DNA from: Candidatus Magasanikbacteria bacterium RIFOXYC2_FULL_42_28
GTDB taxonomy: Bacteria; Patescibacteriota; Patescibacteriia; Magasanikbacterales; GWA2-37-8
Assembly (NCBI GenBank): GCA_001784435.1
Contig: MFQZ01000010.1
Coordinates: 18,917 to 82,916 of the forward strand
DNA: 64,000 bases
Direction: 5' to 3'
Positions 63,794-64,000 of the stretch are shown here, in pieces (the stretch's first letter is position 1; each line of letters starts with the position of its first letter). The position numbers were made by a program, and so were the translations under genes. A model generated the notes under the pieces. It was not told where the DNA came from and made no database searches. It saw only the letters and a program-made list of their open reading frames with translations.

Positions 63794-64000
63794 TTATTCT
63801 TCGGTTTCATCTTTATTTTTTTCTGGCGCATTCAATTGATTATTTAAAATTTCGTATTGCTCTATTAATTTTTTTGCTTCGGCGTTGATTTCATTTAATT
63901 CCGCCAAAATCTTGTTGATCCATTTTGCGGCTTGACGAATGCCATTTGGATTTTGTCGTAAGTTGTCGCCGGCGACCCAGTGATTGTCATATCCTTCAGT
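63794..64000 (-). CDS. C-terminal fragment of an upstream gene (continues beyond the window end); possibly ribosomal protein L25/Ctc given its position before pth
   Basis: In-frame minus-strand translation ...TEGYDNHWVAGDNLRQNPNGIRQAAKWINKILAELNEINAEAKKLIEQYEILNNQLNAPEKNKDETEE, stopping at 63794-63796. Confidence 0.3.
   Translation of the reverse strand, partial: TEGYDNHWVAGDNLRQNPNGIRQAAKWINKILAELNEINAEAKKLIEQYEILNNQLNAPEKNKDETEE

Overview
This is a 64-kb AT-rich (about 40% GC) contig with dense, short genes. Its gene content fits a Candidate Phyla Radiation / Patescibacteria-type bacterium; that is an inference from operon content and ribosomal-protein peculiarities, not a database hit. 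From start to end the window holds: (1) a pyrimidine de novo module (pyrD partial, an OTCase-family carbamoyltransferase, pyrC, pyrI, pyrB) followed by gatB; (2) a thymidylate/dNTP module on one strand (tmk, folA, thyA, dut, a P-loop dNMP-kinase-like gene, dCMP deaminase); (3) a truncated pyruvate kinase translationally coupled to a protein whose C-terminus is a PEP-utilizing (phosphohistidine) mobile domain, then a standalone rplA; (4) a six-gene cluster of secreted and membrane-anchored proteins (a DUF2341/LamG giant protein, a small paralogue of its C-terminal domain, a dockerin protein and two cohesin-like membrane anchors), which reads as a cellulosome-like / WxL-locus-like surface assembly system; (5) rpsA, ftsH, a pilB/GspE ATPase, a GNAT acetyltransferase, thrS, and a small promoter-plus-terminator-bounded ncRNA candidate; (6) a roughly 500-bp GC-rich (about 65%) foreign-looking island encoding a lipoprotein that is frameshifted in a G7 homopolymer (a phase-variation candidate); (7) a peptidase S51 gene with two cupins, one matching the archaeal cupin-type glucose-6-phosphate isomerase signature; (8) tuf and the S10-spc ribosomal operon (rpsJ through secY, no rpmD), then adk, map, ruvX, recO and asnS; (9) an AbiEii-type toxin with a very short upstream partner, tRNA-Leu(CAA), parAB, rel, topA, folC, dprA and pth. 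The non-genic layer is the most unusual part. A roughly 110-bp palindromic MITE-like element occurs four times and abuts start codons. There is a heptamer-based (TTTAGAG-type) palindromic spacer family. A family of GC-rich hairpin repeats shows compensatory stem changes, and three copies sit in-frame inside essential genes (pyrC, gatB, folC). A perfect 17-bp palindrome, TCCCGAC-TNA-GTCGGGA, is placed at the translation-initiation regions of pyrB, rplC, folC and rpsA. No CRISPR array, reverse transcriptase or rRNA gene was seen.
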